Assembly (NCBI GenBank): GCA_905178155.1 | Contig: CAJINV010000026.1 | Coordinates: 1-60,621 of the forward strand | Length of the DNA stretch: 60,621 nt | From: Amoebophrya sp. A120 | Lineage: Eukaryota; Protista; Dinoflagellata | Direction: 5' to 3' | Shown: positions 47,838 through 59,400 of the stretch, in pieces | Numbering within the stretch: the stretch's first letter is position 1 | Layout of the letters: the number at the start of each line of letters is the position of its first letter | Translations under genes and position numbers: made by a program | Notes under the pieces: generated by a model | What the model was told of the DNA's origin: nothing | Databases searched by the model: none | What the model saw: the letters and a program-made list of their open reading frames with translations, nothing else

Positions 47838-49926
47838 CTGCATGGTAGGGAGAACAAACCCAGCCAACCTATAGGCTCTCAGTGGCCTATCTATAGGCAA
47901 AACTTATTCAGCGTAGCACGCGGCGAAGAAAAATTGTTTTCCAACCAAGATTTTTCCTGGGGCCCTCGCAACTTTTTTAAATTCATCTTTGCCCGACCTG
48001 CATGCCGATGCCTTCGATACGAAGTTACCCTATCTATAGGCCCTCGGAGGCCTATAGGTGAACGGCTTTACCATCGTGATTGCGTTTTGTGTGAATTTGT
48101 TTCAGTTTTTTCTTTTTAAATCAAGCTTTGCGAAAAATTTCGAATCCTGCATGGCAAGGAGAACAAACCCAGCCAGCCTATAGGCTCTCAGAGGCCTATC
48201 TATAGGCAAAATTTATTCAGCGTAGCACGCGGCGAAGAAAAATTGTCTTGCGCGCAAGTTTTTTGCTGAGGCCCTCGCAACTTTTTCAATTTCATCTTTG
48301 CCCGACCTGCATGCTGATGCCCTCGATACGAAGTTGCCCTATCTATAGGCCTTCGGAGGCCTATAGGTGAACGGCGGTGAACGGCTATAACACCGTGATT
48401 GCGTTTTGCATGAACTCATTACAGTTTTTTCTTTTCAAGTCAAGCTTTGACAAAAATATCGAATCCTGCATGGCATGGAGAACAAACCCAGTCAACCTAT
48501 AGGGTCTCAGAGGCCTATCTATAGGCAAAATTTATTCAGCGTAGCACGCGGCGAAGAAAAATTGCCTTCCATGCAAGTTTTTTGCGGAGGCCGTCGCAGC
48601 TTTTTCAATTTTATCTTTGCACGACCTGCATGCTGATGCCTTCGATACGAGGTTGCCCTATCTATAGGCCCTCGGAGGCCTATAGGTGAACGGCTATACC
48701 ACCGTGGTTGCGTTTTGCGTGAACTCATTGCAGTTTTATTTTCCTTTCCAACTCAAGCTTTGAGAAACATAACGAATCCTGCATGGCATGGAGAAGAAAC
48801 CCAGCCAACCTATAGGCTCTCAGAGGCCTATCTATAGGCAAAATCCATTCAGCGTAGCACGCGGCGAAGAAAAATCGCACTCCTTGCAACTTTTTTGCTG
48901 AGGCCCTCGCGACTTTTTCAATTTCTTCTTTGCCCGACCTGCATGCTGATGCCTTCGATACGAAGTTGCCCTATCTATAGACCCTCGGAGGCCTATAGGT
49001 GAACGGCTATACCGCCGTGATTGCGTTTTGCATGAACTCACATCAGTTTTTTCTTTCCAACTCAAGCTTTGAGAAAAATATCGAATCCTGCATGGAATGG
49101 AGAAGAAACCCAGCCAACCTATAGGCTCTCAGAGGCCTGTCTATAGGCAAAATTTATTCAGCATAGCACGCGGTGAAGAAAAATTGCCTTCCGCGCAAGT
49201 TTTTTGCTGAGGCCCTCGCAACTTTTTCAATTTCTTCTTTGCCCGACCTGCATGCTGATGCCTTCGATACGAAGTTGCCCTATCTATAGGCCCTCGGAGG
49301 CCTATAGGTGAACGGCTATACCGCCGCGATTGCGTTTTGCATGAACTCACTTCAGTTTTTTCTTTCCAAATCAAGCTTTGACCGAATCCTGCATGGCATG
49401 GAGAAGAAACCCAGCCAACCTATAATAGGCTTTCAGAGGCCTATCTGTAGGCAAAATTTATTCAGCGTAGCACGCGGCGAAGACAAATTGCCTTCCGCGC
49501 AAGTTTTTTGCTGAGGCCCTCGCAACTTTTTCAATTTCTGCTTTGCCCGACCTGCATGCTGATGCCTTCGATACGAAGTTGCCCTATCTATAGGCCCTCG
49601 GAGGCCTATAGGTGAACGGCAATACTATCGCGATCGCGTTTTGCGTGAATTCATTTAAGTTTTTGCTTTCAAAGTCAAGCTTTGATAAAACATATCGGAT
49701 TCCGCATGGTATGGAGAACAAACCCACCCAACCTGTAGACTCTCAGAGGCCTATCTATAGGCAAAATTTATTCAGCATAACATGCGGCGACGAAAAATTC
49801 TCTTGCGCGCGAGTTTTTTTCTGAGGCCCTCACATTTTTTTTAACTTTATCTGCGCACGACCCGCATGCTGATGCCTTCGATATTAAGTTGCCCTATCTA
49901 CAGGCTCTCGAACGCCTATAGGTGAA
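47838..49926. repeat. ~310-bp tandem satellite, 7 copies
   Basis: Unit starts near 47838, 48147, 48466, 48779, 49088, 49389 and 49703; rich in CCTATAGG/CCTATCTATAGG. Confidence 0.95.
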
Positions 49927-50233
49927 AGGCTGCACCCCCGTGGGAGCGCTAGCGTTTGCTTTAATTGCATTGCAGAATTCCAGTGGCGAGCTGAACGCAG
50001 TAAACAAGTTCAGTGCCGACAAGTGAATATGCATTCAAAATAAATACGCTCTGGCAATACAAAAAGTAATCATAGATAGCACCTTAGTGTGTGCGTTGTT
50101 AAGCATTCGCAAGCAGTGCCAGTGCCAATGCTGTCATACATTTTTAAGCTACCTGAAGTGATGTGAGTCCGAGTATTCGTGTGAAATTGTTGTGCAGAGA
50201 TGTGTACATTTTTATCTTACGGCGTGCTCCGTA

Positions 50234-50330
50234 CTGATTGATTGAGATTGTTCATCGTGCACGGACGATTCCTCGAAATTTTTCTGATTGATTGAGATTG
50301 TTCATCGTGCATGGACGATTCCTCGAAATT
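50234..50330. repeat. 50-bp-period duplication
   Basis: CTGATTGATTGAGATTGTTCATCGTGCA.GGACGATTCCTCGAAATT occurs twice. Confidence 0.85.
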
Positions 50331-50369
50331 ACTATTACTATCTATTATATTCATGCGAAAATATTGCTC

Positions 50370-50850
50370 TAGAGAGGGTAAACGAGAGGTGGCAGGGAGG
50401 TCAAAAAGAGGTCAAAAGAGGCACAAAAGAGGTCGACAGAGGTGGAGAGGTGGCGCGGGAGGTAATTCGAGAGGGTGGCCGAGAGGGGGCGCGAGTATAG
50501 CCCGCCGAACCGGTCGCCCTTTAGGGCCGCTAAGCGGCACGGAGGTGGCCGAGAGGTAAAAAAGAGGGCAAGCGAGAGGTGGACAGAGGTGCCGAGAGGT
50601 TGCGCGAATAAGGGGAGACCTCTCGCGCACCCTCTGGGCCACCTCTCGGCCACCTTTGTAGACCTCTACCGGCGAGTATAGCCGGATAATTAGCAAAACC
50701 TCTCAGAGGAGGTGAGAAAGAGGGTCTGCGAGAGGGGTAAAAAAACCCGAATCCACCCGGCACAGGCCTGATTTTTTTGCGGCCCTTTCATGCAAAAGCC
50801 CGAACCCTCTCGCGCCACCCTCTCGCGCACCCTCTCGCGCCACCCCTTCG
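50370..50850. repeat. AGAGG/CCTCT-rich low-complexity inverted repeat region
   Basis: Blocks of GAGAGG followed by blocks of CCTCTC. Confidence 0.7.
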
Positions 50851-51159
50851 CGCCAACACTTTTATTTCCCCGGGAAATCAGGTGGGCGGGCGCGGGGCGG
50901 TGATAAACAAAGAGCAGCGCCGGCCTCTGTCTGATTCTTTCGGCACGCACCTACGCCGGGGCGGCATCTCTTCGCCCCCAAAGTTTACTGCAGCTGCCCC
51001 CTGCGCATAGCGCCTAAAGGCGCGGAAAGCGCGCAGGAGGCCTTGCGGGTTGACCTCGCGCAAAATGGCGCCTGAAGTTTCCTCGGTCCGTCACGCTGTG
51101 CCCGATCCGCAAATAGTCAAACCCCAGCACAACAGCCTTGCGCTCCGGCGGTAGCCGGA

Positions 51160-53110
51160 GCATGGCTGGTTAATATATTTATATATGGAAGAAAACGGGG
51201 CTGGAGAGGTTCCGGTAGAGGTTGGGGAGAGGTTTCGTAGAGGTAAAATAGAGGTTGGGAGAGGTAAAGTAGAGGGTCGGCCAAAGTGAGAGGGTCGGGG
51301 AGAGGTAAAACGAGAGGTAACGGAGAGGGTCGGGAGAGGGTGAGCCGTATAGACGCCCTTAAAGCGCGGCTATACGCGCGCAGAGGTAGGGTAGAGGTTG
51401 GGGAGAGGTCAAGTAGAGGGTAGGGGAAGAGGGTGTAGAGGGTCGGAGAGGGTGCGTAGTATAGGGCGACCCTCTAGGCGACCCTCTACCGCGACCCTCT
51501 CCGGGAACCTCTATTTTACCTCTCGGCGGACCCTCTCGGCACCTCTCCGACCCTCTCCCGGACCCTCTCCGGGAACCTCTCCGACCCTCTCCTGGACCCT
51601 CTCTGAACCTCTCCCGAACCCTCTCCCCGACCCTCTCCCGGACCCTCTCGTGGACCACCTCCAGGAGCACAGCCTGCCCGCTGACTTGTCTGCGCGCGGC
51701 GCCCCCTCAAGAAGCTCGCTAGGGCGCAACGACCGGCGGGCATTGTTTTCAATTTCAGATCAGAGCGGCCGTTCAAAGTGCGTGCGCCGCTCTGCGTCCC
51801 CCAGAGGGGGCGCGGCGCCCCGCCTTAACCTGGTCGGCCACCTAGGGTGGCCGCAACTTCTTTCCCACAACGCCCGCGCGCGCTGGCAGCAGGTGCGTCG
51901 CCCTTGTGGCGTCTTGAACGTTGGCGCCCGGAAATAGTTTCCTGCGCGCATTTTCCCACGGCGCGCAGCTACTAAGGCCGGGCATGGTGCCCGCCCATGC
52001 CGAAACATGGGTCGGGCTCGGGCTTTTTTTTTTTGGTTGTGTAGCGGCGCGCAGCGATTCAATGCTGGCGCCACCTTTCCCACCGGAACACCTCCACCGA
52101 ACAGCCCCCTCCCCGGCGGCCTCCGCCGGGGGGTGGCTGGTATTTATATATGGAAGAAAACGCGGCTGGAGAGGGTACAATAGAGGTTTGGTAGAGGTTC
52201 GGGAGAGGTAAAATAGAGGGTCGGAGAGGTAAAATAGAGGGTCGGACAAAATGAGAGGGTCGGGGAGAGGTAAAACGAGAGGTAAAGGAGAGGGTCGGGA
52301 GAGGGTGAGCCGTATATACGCCCTTAAAGCGGGGCTATACGCGCGCAGAGGTAGGGTAGAGGTTGGGGAGAGGTCAAATAGAGGGTAGGGGAAGAGGGTG
52401 TAGAGGGTCGGAGAGGGTGCATAGTATAGGGCGACCCTCTAGGCGACCCTCTACCGCGAACCTCTCAGGAAGCCTCTATTTTACCTCTCGCCGGACCCTC
52501 TCGGGACCTCTCCGACCCTCTCCCGGACCCTCTCCGGGACCCTCTCCGGGACCCTCTCCGACCCTCTCCCGGACCCTCTCTGAACCTCTCCCGGACCCTC
52601 TCCGGGACCCTCTCCCGGACCCTCTCGCGGACCACCTCCAGGAGCACAACCCGCCCACTTGTCTGCGCGCGGCGCCTCCCAAAGAAGCTCGCTAGGGCGG
52701 AGCGATCGGCTGGCAGTGTTTTCGCTTTCAGATCAGAGCGGCCGTTCAAAGTGCGTGCGCCGCTCTGCGTCCCCCAGAGGGGGCGCGGCGCCCCGCCTTA
52801 ACCTGGTCGGCCACCTAGGGTGGCCGCAACTTCTTTCCCACAGCGCCCGCGCGCACTGGCAGCAGGTGCGTCGCCCTTGTGGCGTCTTGACCGTTGGCGC
52901 ACGGAAATAGTTTCCGGCGCGCATCTTCCCACGGCGCGCAGCTACTAAGGCCGGGCAGGGTGCCCGCCCAAGCCGGAACATGGGCCGGGCTCTTTTTCTT
53001 TGGTTGTGAAGCGGCGCGCAGCGACTCAATGCTGGCGCCACCTTCCCCACCGGAACACCTCCACCGAGCAGCCCCCTCCCCGGCGGCCTTCGCCGGGGGG
53101 TGGCTGGTTA
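51160..53110. repeat. ~970-bp direct repeat x2, each with an AGAGG block then a CCTCT block
   Basis: Units begin GGCTGG..TATTTATATATGGAAGAAAAC near 51164 and 52135; the GC-rich tails align. Confidence 0.92.
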
Positions 53111-53430
53111 TCATTATGTACAAAAATCTGCTGTCGTTTCATTAAATCTGGCACGTTTTCAATGGAGACTACGGGAAGATCTCGCGAAAGCAAAAGGCTA
53201 ATAGTTTCTTACATCGTTAATTGTGCGCACGATTTCACTTCACTTTTTAGTATCGAGCAGCGATTTGCTGAAATTCGTCACCGTTATGCATTTGTAGGTC
53301 GCTTTTCATTTTCAAGCGTGGTAAAAGTGGCGTAGTAGTACGGCTTCCAAATCTCCCCGGGACGACAGCGTACCCGTAGTCGTGATCGAGCACTACGTAT
53401 CAAAGTGCTGTAGTCTGCCCCGTCTACTCA

Positions 53431-56400
53431 TCACAACCACGACGCCCAACCCACGTACATCTGCTGCAGGTTTCTCAGATCGCGTATGGATGTGTCAGAG
53501 TTGAAATCGACAAAGTTGAAATAATTTGCGATGCATAAAATGCAACCCGCAAAGCGCCTGTCTTGCAGAGTAGGCAAGGGAGGCATATTGCAAGCCTGTT
53601 GAGGGGTAGAAATAGAGCTGCTAAAGTAGCACGACAAAAGGCGTCTTCCTTACACAAACAGCATTACAAACTGGATTTAGGCACCGCCAAAACTTGTCAT
53701 GCGCCACTTGAAAACTGTGCTCCAACTGGCATCCATTTTATGCATGGCAAACTATTTCAACTCTGACGATTTCAAACCTGACGCTTCCATATCGCGGGCC
53801 GCTTGGATAATCGCGTCAACCTGTCGGGGAATTTCCAACGGCACCCCCTTGTCCCGGCCGGCCTCACCCGGACTGTTCTTGCTCTTGTCGTCCGGCTCGG
53901 GCTCGCGGGGCGGGAAAACCTAGGTGAGCGACGTAGGGAGCATGAGCAAGTTGCTGCAAATTCAGATCATTATCATACCGGCATACTTATCTATTGGGCT
54001 GACGTGCCGCGTCGTGGCTTTGAAAAGTTCACTGCTTGCGGCCGCAGTCAGAAACAGACGAAGCGGCCGGGAAGTTAGAAATCTTCGGGGAGGGGCTGAC
54101 CGTCCCCGGCGAGAAGCTGCAAGCCCATGGCGCAAAGCTGACCGCCCTCGGCGAGAGGATTCCAAACCGAAGGCGAGAAGTCGGAAACCAAGCGGGCGAG
54201 AAGTTGAAAGCACTTGGCGAGAAGTCGAAAGCACTTGGCGAGAAGTTGACCAACTCCGGCGAGAGGTCGAAAGCCCTCGGCGAAAAGCTGACCACCCCCG
54301 GCGAGAAGTCGAAGGCAATTGGCGAGAAGTCGGCAACCAAGCGGGCGAGAACGAAGTTGAAAGCACACGGCGAGAAGTCGCAAGCCCTTGGCGAGAAGTC
54401 GAAACCCCTTGGCGAGAAGTTGACCACCTCCGGCGAGAAGTCCAAAGCGCTCGGCGAGAAGTTGACCACCCTCGGCGAGGGGTCGAAAGCAATTGGCGAG
54501 AAGTCGGCAAGCAAGCGAGCGAGAAGGCGAAAGCACTTGGCGAGAAGTCGAAAGCCCTTGGCGAGAAGTCGAAACCCCTCGGCGAGAAGTTGACCACCTC
54601 CGGCGAGAAATCGAAAGCCCTCGGCGAGAAGTTGACCACCCCCGCCCGGCGAGAAGTCGAAAGCCGTTGGCGAGAAGTCGGCAACCAAGCGGGCGAGAAT
54701 TTGAAAGGACTTGGCGAGAAGTCGAAAGCCCTTGGCGAGAAGTCGAAAGCCCTTGGCGAGAATGAAGTCGAAGGCCGTTGGCGAGAAGTCGGAAACCAAG
54801 CAAGCGAGAAGTTGCAAGCACTTGGCGAGAAGTCGGAAGCCCTTGGCGAGAAGTCGAAAGCCCTTGGCGAGATGAAGTGGACCACCTCCGGCGAGAAGTC
54901 GAAAGCCCTCGGCGAGAAGGCAGAAATCGAGCGGGCAAGAAGTTGACAAACCCTACTATAGAAACCATACGGCCCCAACAATCTCAGCCCATACAGTCTA
55001 GCTGTGCAGTTTCTTCCGCGAGCGCGCCGGCTCTTCTAAGTTGCGCGCAACTACTTCTTCTCTGGAGCAAAGCACGCGACGAGCAACTATGCCTCACACC
55101 AAGGGAGGTGGTGCCCGAGCTGGTTGGGAATTGCCCTCCGCTGGTTGCGGTTGCCCTGGCTGGGCAATTGCCCTCCGCGGACGCAGCTTGTCTTCATGGA
55201 AAGCTTTTGTAGATAGCCCCGGAGCCCAATTCCCGCAGCCACTTGCGGACATTCTCTGTGGCAGAAGCGATAACGAAGACGGACAATTACTCTCAGGCCA
55301 CGAATCGCGAGTATCCCTCTGAGACGTTTTTTGGCGCGCCGAGGCGCTTTTCGGCGCGCCGCTGCCCAAAAGGCGCCAAGTCTGGCGCTTTTTGGCGCGC
55401 GGCGCGCCGAAAAGCGCCGCAGAGGGAATCTTGCGACCCGCGGCCCTGAGAAAAGGTCGGAGAGAATTGCGGCTTCACTGCAGTTTCTGTCGCAGAGAAT
55501 TCCGAAGGCGGCCCCAGAGAATGGGGCCCGGGGCTTCTCCGAAAGCCATCGCGCAGAAACAAGGGTGGGCAATTCAGAGAGCGAGGGCAAGCGCGACTGC
55601 GCACCGCTGCGCGCGGTTCGGAAAGTCTTAGAACGCTTTCCCGGCCCTTTGCTCTTCTGTTTTTTCGCTAATTGCTTCTGGGAGTGCCCGAACTATACTG
55701 CCACAGGCTGGGCATTTTCCAGAGTGGAAAGGGTTGAGATTGCCACTCGCGGCACGGTCTTTTTCCAATCCAGGAAGGTTTTTTTTGGCTCGAGAAATTT
55801 CCACAGAGGACCGTGAGCGACGTGCGAAACAAAAATGAGCGACTTTGGAGCTCTGCACCCCCCGACAATACGTGCCTTCTTACGCGACGAGCAACTATGC
55901 CTCACACCAAGGGACGAGGTGTTGCCCAAGCGCCCCACTAAAGTACCTCCTTCAAAAAATCGAAAAACAATGCAAGAACCCTGTACAACTTATAGATACC
56001 TTCGCCATGACAGAATCCTTTGCGCTGTTGTCTCTTTTCGTCTCCTTGTCCGTCCGCCAGGTATCGTACGTGACGTGGCCGTTCATATCAACTGTAAAAG
56101 TGTCTGGGTCTGGAAGAATCCAACTTGTCATGCTGATTTTGGATTCTAAAAAAATCTGTATTGCATGAGCAGCAAAGAGAGTCCAAGTCTTGCTACACGG
56201 AAAGAGCATTTTTGATGCGGTATAGGCATCAGGAAGCCCTCACGAAATTTGTGATGCTAGGGCATGCATCACAGACATCAGGAGTGATGCAAAATGTGCA
56301 TGACAAACCCGGCAATCTTCCAGACCCAGACGTTTTTACATTTGATAGTTCATCTTGTTGATCAACTCCTGCACGGTCCGCTCGGGCGCGAAGCCCTTGT

Positions 56401-59400
56401 ATAACAGTGCACAGCTCCCCCGTGGTCACCGCCTCGTTTGTCATGCAAAATCCCAAATCCATCTTTTCTATTAGTTACTCTTTGGCACTTCTTGCATGAC
56501 AGGTTCCGGAAGCCGAAACAGCACTAGAATTATCGGTCGCGAAGTTGTCATGCAAAAGCTGCACCCATGCCAGCACTTGTGCTGCTGCTCATGCGTTTTA
56601 AATAAAAAATGCGGGCCGAGGGGGGGGGGGTGTGCACCCATCTCATACCTTGTTTTTCCAATCCACAAAAGGGTCCGCGACGAAAGAGCCCAAAACCGCG
56701 GACAGCGTATCACGATTATTCTGGATCACCTTCATGAAGACCTCGCAGCTGTGCCGGTAAAGTCCCTCCACGCCCGTTACGCCGAGCGGCGTGACGCAGT
56801 TCGCGGTCAACCGGAAGGGCACAACCTCCGGCTTCGCGAGGTGCAATCCCCGCCCGAATAAGCAGTCGAAGTCGACATGCACGATAGAGCCGGAGACTTT
56901 GTCGATCAGAATGTTTTCCCCGTGCCGATCTCCCAGTCCAAGGATGTACCCGAGCATAGACCACACCGCCAGAGATTTCGCATAGGTATTCCTCCGCGCC
57001 AGCCAGTCGCTGGGGTCCGCGCTTGTCCGCTGGTACCAGAGGTGCAACACCGGCGGGTGTCGCGGGACCAGTTTTGTCAGGTAATCCATGTTATGGATTG
57101 CAAAAGTGTCTGGGTCTAGAAGATTCTGAGATCATTTGTCATGCAGTTTCTTCAAGCTCCCCCACGTCTGGAATGCAGGGCCTAGCATCACAGGTTCTGG
57201 AGCTCCTTGGTGATGCGTACTCTGCATGAGAAATGCCCTCTCAGCATGACCAGAAGTGGGCACCTTTTGCACGTTCTGCACCACAGATCTTTTTAGGATC
57301 CGAACCACGCATCACAAGTTCGGATCCTTCCAGACAACCAGGGATATTTGCATTTGATACATGTAGGTCTCCGCCAGTTTGTGCTCCGCGGTCCACTCCA
57401 TCGCGGCGGGGTATCTCTTGTGCAGGCGTTCAAGATTCTGTTTTATGCAATGCAAGTACTTATGTCTGGTTCTGGAAACTTGTAATGCTGGGTTGGGAAT
57501 AGTGAAAGCTCTGTAATGCTGCACAGGCAAACATGAGAAATATCTGCGCTAATTGGTGTTGCACTTTCCGCATGACAAACTGCATTATTGCATGACAAGT
57601 AAAAGGATCTCTTCCTGGACAAGCATCACAAACTCTTCAGTCATGGCAGACAAGCATGACAAACCTTCTATTCATCCAGACCCAGACCACATGTTTGCAG
57701 TGCATATGTTCTTGCTCGATGCAATTTCGCATGGGGACGGTGTTCTGCACCCACTCTAGCAAGCCGTGGTTCTCGGTTAGGGTGTATACATTGCAAATGT
57801 GTCTGGGTTTGGAAAACTGCTAGTTTGTCATGCGCGTCCCGCATGACTCTTAACTCTGTGATGCATGCGCCGGAAAAGAGCCTTTTTCCTGTCATGCAGA
57901 AGCGCAGTTTGCCATGCGGAACTCGCAACACATAGCAGCTCCAAAACTTGTAGTGCTTGGCTGCGCATTGCAGTGTGCCCATCACTGGCAGATTTGCATA
58001 CACAAATTTCCAGGCCCAGATGACATGTTTGCAAGTGATAGGGTGGTGACCGTGTAGTGGCGGATCTCGAGTATCCTGAGTGAAAACGTCCCCATACCAG
58101 AGTTGTCATGCAATTCTGCATGCTAAAAAAGTCTCTCATGCGGAGCCCTACGAGAAGCCTTTTCTGTTAGTGTTTTGGAATTTGTTACGCTAGAATCAGC
58201 ATGCTAGGCTAGGTCTGTGTTGCTGCTGAACTAGCGAATAACCGGATTACACTACGAGGACAAACTTATCATGCAAAACGACCAAAGCTGGTTGACTTGT
58301 CTAGCAGATTTCCCATCTTAACTCTGGTGTGGGGACGTTTTTAATCAGGATATCGAGTTTCCTTTGCATAGACTCGCCGTTGCGCCGTAAAAGCTTGTTG
58401 AGCAAGTTGCACAATTCCATGACCCTTTTGTCTTTCTTCAAGTCGCCCCGCTGCTCCATTTTCCCCAGAAAGGGGTACAGATTCCCATCCGACCCCTTGA
58501 TAGTGACCTTCTTTGGCTTTACCTTGCTGTTCATGACATTCACTCGGTCGATGCACCGGTCAATAAACACTTCCGAGCAGGAGCTCGTGCCGGAATTGCT
58601 CGGGTTCTGCGTGTTCATCTGACCCATTTGCTCGTTGATCTGCAGCATCACCTGCGATTGATCGTACCCCGCCTGAATGCTGGACTCCGCAGCGGAGCTT
58701 TGCCCCCCGACCGTTTGTCCCGACACGACATGGGAATCGGGAAGCACGTATGTATTGCAAATATCCCTGGATGTCTGGAAGTAGAGCGCAAACTTCTGAG
58801 GCGCACTTCAAATGACGCAAATTTCTGTCATGCATGGACAGCAACAGTCTCCCACTTCTTATCACCGACGGCAGAAATTTATCATGCGGATTAGGCATTA
58901 AGAAGCCTCCGCGAAACCTCTGATGCTAGGGCTGGCATGCCATACCTGCTTAGTTAGGAAAAAACAGCATGACAAACATCAGCACTCATCCAGACCCAGA
59001 CATGTAATTCGCATTTGATAGCACCGCGAAGCACTTCGTTGCGGGCACTAACACCGCGCACCGGTACAAGGGAACCTGTCGCTGCTCATTGCCTTCCAAG
59101 ATCTTCACGACACTCGGGTTACCGAGAAATTTCAGGTACGTAGTGTGGTGCTGGTGCAGAGACAGGCATCAAAAGGAAAAAACTCCCTCCCCATATCGAA
59201 ACGAAATTTCTGATGCTGGAATTGCGTACACAAATCAGCCTTGTCTTGCCGTGGATGACTGCAGGCCCATATCAAGCCTGTGCGAAGAGGTTTTGGCCTA
59301 GGCGCTCAGCATGAAAAAGGTCTATGCTTTAGGCCCATCAGCATCACAAACCGCCGGAATAATGCGGAGGGCCTAATTGGGTTTGCTTTTTTGCAAGGCA

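Larger units (their letters stand above)
53920..55999 (-). other. 2.08-kb canonical GT-AG intron
   Basis: GCGAAG|GTATCT...CACCTAG|GTTTTC, phase 0, links the kinase tail to the FATC exon. Confidence 0.75.

Noticed and set aside
47838-53110. Tandem units as 5S rRNA, snRNA or spliced-leader gene arrays
   Set aside because: I could not recognise 5S, U-snRNA or dinoflagellate spliced-leader motifs. An Rfam search would be decisive.
53924-54981. ~300-340-aa ORFs on both strands
   Set aside because: Translation of a tandem array lying inside the predicted ATR intron.
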